Origin: Kiloniellaceae bacterium
Lineage (GTDB): Bacteria > Pseudomonadota > Alphaproteobacteria > Kiloniellales > Kiloniellaceae
DNA length: 28,196 nucleotides
Assembly (NCBI GenBank): GCA_041552375.1
Contig: JBFELD010000001.1
Span: forward strand, 1 to 28,196
Direction of reading: 5' to 3'
Within the stretch, counting starts at the first letter, position 1, and the number at the start of each line of letters is the position of its first letter. The translations under genes were made by a program, and so were the position numbers. The notes under the pieces are model-generated. The model was not told where the DNA came from. It saw nothing but the letters and a program-made list of their open reading frames with translations, and searched no databases. Shown one piece after another: positions 25,871-28,196 of this stretch.

Positions 25871-26160
25871 GACATGCGTCCGCTTTCAGCCTGCCCGGAT
25901 TGCGACCCCCACCCTAGACCAAAATCCGTCGCTGATAACAGCCGAATGTGACACCACCGGATCCTGACCGGAACCGGAAAGGAATCGAGGTGGCCGCCAC
26001 ACCTGTTCATTAGCAATCAAAGGTCGGCATCGGCGACAGGCTTATCGCTCAAACGCTCGATCGGCAACTGGGCAACCCCTTCGCGGCGGGTCGCGACCGC
26101 ATTCGGGATGACCGGATGGACCCATCGGCCCCTCGGGGTCGGGATATGATAACGAACGCG

Positions 26161-27021
26161 TCACTCGGCCGCCGGGCTCCTGTCGGAGTCCAGCGCCCCG
26201 GACAGATAAGAGATGAACCGAGAGAAGAGCTCGGACTGCGACGAGATATGTAGCTTACCATAAATGTTCTTGCGGTGGATCTTGACGGTCCCAGTGCTGA
26301 TCCGGAAGTGCTGACCGATCGATTCCGATGAGTGGCCACGCAAGACCATACGCACGACATCGCGTTCCCGCCGGGTCAAGACGCCCTCACCGAACCTCTC
26401 GAACGCGCTGGTCACCTGGGTACCCAAGGCCGAAAACGCCGTCGCTTTCTCTATGGCATCATTCCGCTGGCGCCCAAGATGGCGCCAATGACGCATCGAG
26501 GATGCGTGGACGATAGGCTCTACCCGAAGAAGCTTGCTGATGTCGCGATCGCTGAAAGGCGCACTGCTACCGGCCCGCATGAGCGATGTGACCAGCCTCA
26601 TCTCGTTCGGAAGGGCGATCACGAAGCCGATTTCTTCAGCCAATCCCGTCCGACGATAATAGGAGCGATAGTACTCCGAATGATAGAACCGATCCGGCGC
26701 GATCTCGCGCAGACGATAGAGACCCGGCTCTATCCCTTCCGCACACATCTGATAGAAGGGGTCGAGGAGATAGGGGCCTTCCTGGTAGTCGGTCACGAAG
26801 ACGACGCGCTGGCGCGGCGTGAAGGTATCGTAAACGCAAATCGGGCGCTCGGACCCACGATAGGCGAAGATGACCGAGTAATCGAAGGCGACGACGCACG
26901 CCAACGTCTTCACGAGAGCGGCGGCAAATCGCGGCGTATCCTCGGCAGTGACGAGTTGTGCGATCTGCGCGTGCCATTCGCGGGAATCGAGCTTTTGAAG
27001 TCCTTTGGAGCGCTTAGCCAT
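26161..27021 (-). CDS. LuxR-type HTH transcriptional regulator (non-AHL sensor domain)
   Basis: C-terminal LTRRERDVVRMVLRGHSS..I...ISTGTVKIHRKNIYGKL.ISSQSELF; N-terminal YQEGPYLLDPFY/YYRSYY block. Start 27021 is preferred over 27060. Confidence 0.9.
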   Translation of the reverse strand: MAKRSKGLQKLDSREWHAQIAQLVTAEDTPRFAAALVKTLACVVAFDYSVIFAYRGSERPICVYDTFTPRQRVVFVTDYQEGPYLLDPFYQMCAEGIEPGLYRLREIAPDRFYHSEYYRSYYRRTGLAEEIGFVIALPNEMRLVTSLMRAGSSAPFSDRDISKLLRVEPIVHASSMRHWRHLGRQRNDAIEKATAFSALGTQVTSAFERFGEGVLTRRERDVVRMVLRGHSSESIGQHFRISTGTVKIHRKNIYGKLHISSQSELFSRFISYLSGALDSDRSPAAE

Positions 27022-27062
27022 CGATGGCGGATATATCCCCTCACACGGTCGAATTTCCATTT

Positions 27063-27080
27063 ATATACCGTGGGGGATAT
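27063..27080. promoter_or_regulatory. candidate operator for the LuxR-type regulator
   Basis: ATATACC-gtgg-GGGATAT (6/7 dyad), with an additional ATATCCC half-site at 27033-27039, in the divergent intergenic region. Confidence 0.45.
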
Positions 27081-27176
27081 ATACAGTCACCCGCCAATGA
27101 GGGATTCTGCGATCCAAGAGCATAGGTGACGGGAGCGGCCATCCATCACGTTTCGGCATCCGCGCGCCAATGGGGG

Positions 27177-28196
27177 ATGGAGAACAAGCCTAAATCAAAT
27201 ACACTGTTGAGCGTGAACACACCAGATATCCAATTCGAAGGCGTCACAAAGCGATTCGGCCAAGTCGTCGCAGTGGATGACGTCACTTTGTCGGTCGACA
27301 AGGGCGCGTTTTTCTCTTTCCTTGGCCCCTCTGGTTGCGGCAAGACGACCTCGCTGCGCCTGATCGCAGGCTTCGAGCAGCCGAGTGCGGGCGACGTGCT
27401 CATAGGCGGCAAATCAATGGTCGGCGTGCCGCCTTACAAGCGCCCGGTCAACATGGTCTTCCAGCACTATGCGCTGTTCCCCCACTTTACCGTCGGTGAC
27501 AATATCGCCTATGGCTTGCGTCAACGTAAGCCTCAACCCGCGAAGACCGAGATCGATAAGCAGGTGTTGGAGATGCTCGACCTGGTGCGCCTGTCGGGTT
27601 ACGAGCAGCGCCGGACCTGGGAACTTTCCGGAGGACAGCAACAAAGAGTGGCTCTCGCCCGAGCGCTCATCAACCACCCGACGGTCCTTTTGTTGGATGA
27701 ACCGCTGGCCGCGCTCGACCGAAAGCTACGTCGGGAAATGCAGATCGAGTTGCAAACCCTTCAACGTGAGGTCGGCATCACCTTTGTCCTGGTCACCCAC
27801 GACCAGGAGGAAGCGCTGTCGATGAGCGACACCATCTGCATCATGCACGACGGACGCATCATACAGACCGGCGGGCCCTCTGAGCTCTATGACGAGCCAA
27901 TCAACCGTTATGTTGCTGATTTCGTGGGAAAATCGAACTTTTTCGAAGGCCATGTCGCGGAAGCCGACAGTAAGGGCGCCAGGATCCGCACACCTGATGG
28001 CCGGGTCATCGCCGGGCGCAACCCCAAGGGTGGCTCAGTCCTGAAAGGTGATACGCCGGCTGCCCTTGCGGTACGCCCCGAGCTCATCTTCATATCATCG
28101 CCGGGCAACAGCACGCCGTTCGACGCCGACGTCGAAGCGACGGCGAGGATCAAGAACCGCATTTTCCTTGGCGAGCAGACCGAATACCTGGTCGAA
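27177..28196 (+). CDS. potA: polyamine-type ABC transporter ATP-binding subunit, partial (runs off the window end)
   Basis: Not in the ORF track. Manual translation gives GPSGCGKTT, KRPVNMVFQHYALFPH, LSGGQQQRVALARAL, LLLDEPLAALDRKLR, VTHDQEEALSMSD. Start ATG 27177 or GTG 27213. Confidence 0.88.
   Translation, partial: MENKPKSNTLLSVNTPDIQFEGVTKRFGQVVAVDDVTLSVDKGAFFSFLGPSGCGKTTSLRLIAGFEQPSAGDVLIGGKSMVGVPPYKRPVNMVFQHYALFPHFTVGDNIAYGLRQRKPQPAKTEIDKQVLEMLDLVRLSGYEQRRTWELSGGQQQRVALARALINHPTVLLLDEPLAALDRKLRREMQIELQTLQREVGITFVLVTHDQEEALSMSDTICIMHDGRIIQTGGPSELYDEPINRYVADFVGKSNFFEGHVAEADSKGARIRTPDGRVIAGRNPKGGSVLKGDTPAALAVRPELIFISSPGNSTPFDADVEATARIKNRIFLGEQTEYLVE

Noticed and set aside
24638-25951. 437-aa + strand ORF, and similar antisense or alternate-frame ORFs throughout (e.g. 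4454-5275, 9608-10363, 13660-14757, 16013-16897, 26332-27129)
   Set aside because: They overlap well-supported genes and have low-information Arg/Gly/Ala-rich translations.
25871-26160. 290-nt gap with three ACCGGA copies (25956-25978); possible sRNA or small ORF
   Set aside because: Short, irregularly spaced repeats; no convincing ORF, riboswitch consensus or terminator seen.
1-28196. CRISPR array, tRNA/rRNA, IS element, prophage
   Set aside because: No regularly spaced repeats, RNA-gene signatures, transposase/integrase motifs or phage genes were recognised by eye.

Overview
GC-rich bacterial chromosomal window, probably from a marine alphaproteobacterium (inferred from gene content). No rRNA, tRNA, CRISPR array, integrase or transposase was recognised. 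In order: (1) the 5' part of an mlaE-mlaF-mlaD (MCE) operon whose ATPase has lost several catalytic motifs; (2) a run of small exported hypothetical proteins, including an orphan Rap1a-like protein, a CREST/ceramidase-family protein and a Gln-rich coiled-coil lipoprotein; (3) a stand-alone cNMP-binding protein and a GcvA-type LysR regulator divergent from a DMSP demethylation operon (DUF2182, DUF1326, dmdA, dmdB, acuI), followed on the same strand by a dihaem cytochrome c and a NapC/NirT tetrahaem cytochrome with no terminal reductase nearby; (4) two divergent SGNH esterases, a metallophosphoesterase and an RND efflux pair; (5) a homocysteine S-methyltransferase-family gene with a Cys-to-His Zn-ligand change, paired with an FrhB-like Fe-S flavoprotein and convergent with a StcD/DgcA/TMADH-like flavoenzyme; (6) a LuxR-type regulator divergent from a PotA-like ABC ATPase cut by the window end. 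The best leads for undescribed biology are the redox modules flanking the dmdA-dmdB-acuI core, the methyltransferase/FrhB-like pair and the pseudo-ATPase MCE transporter. All family assignments come from motif recognition and memory, not database searches.
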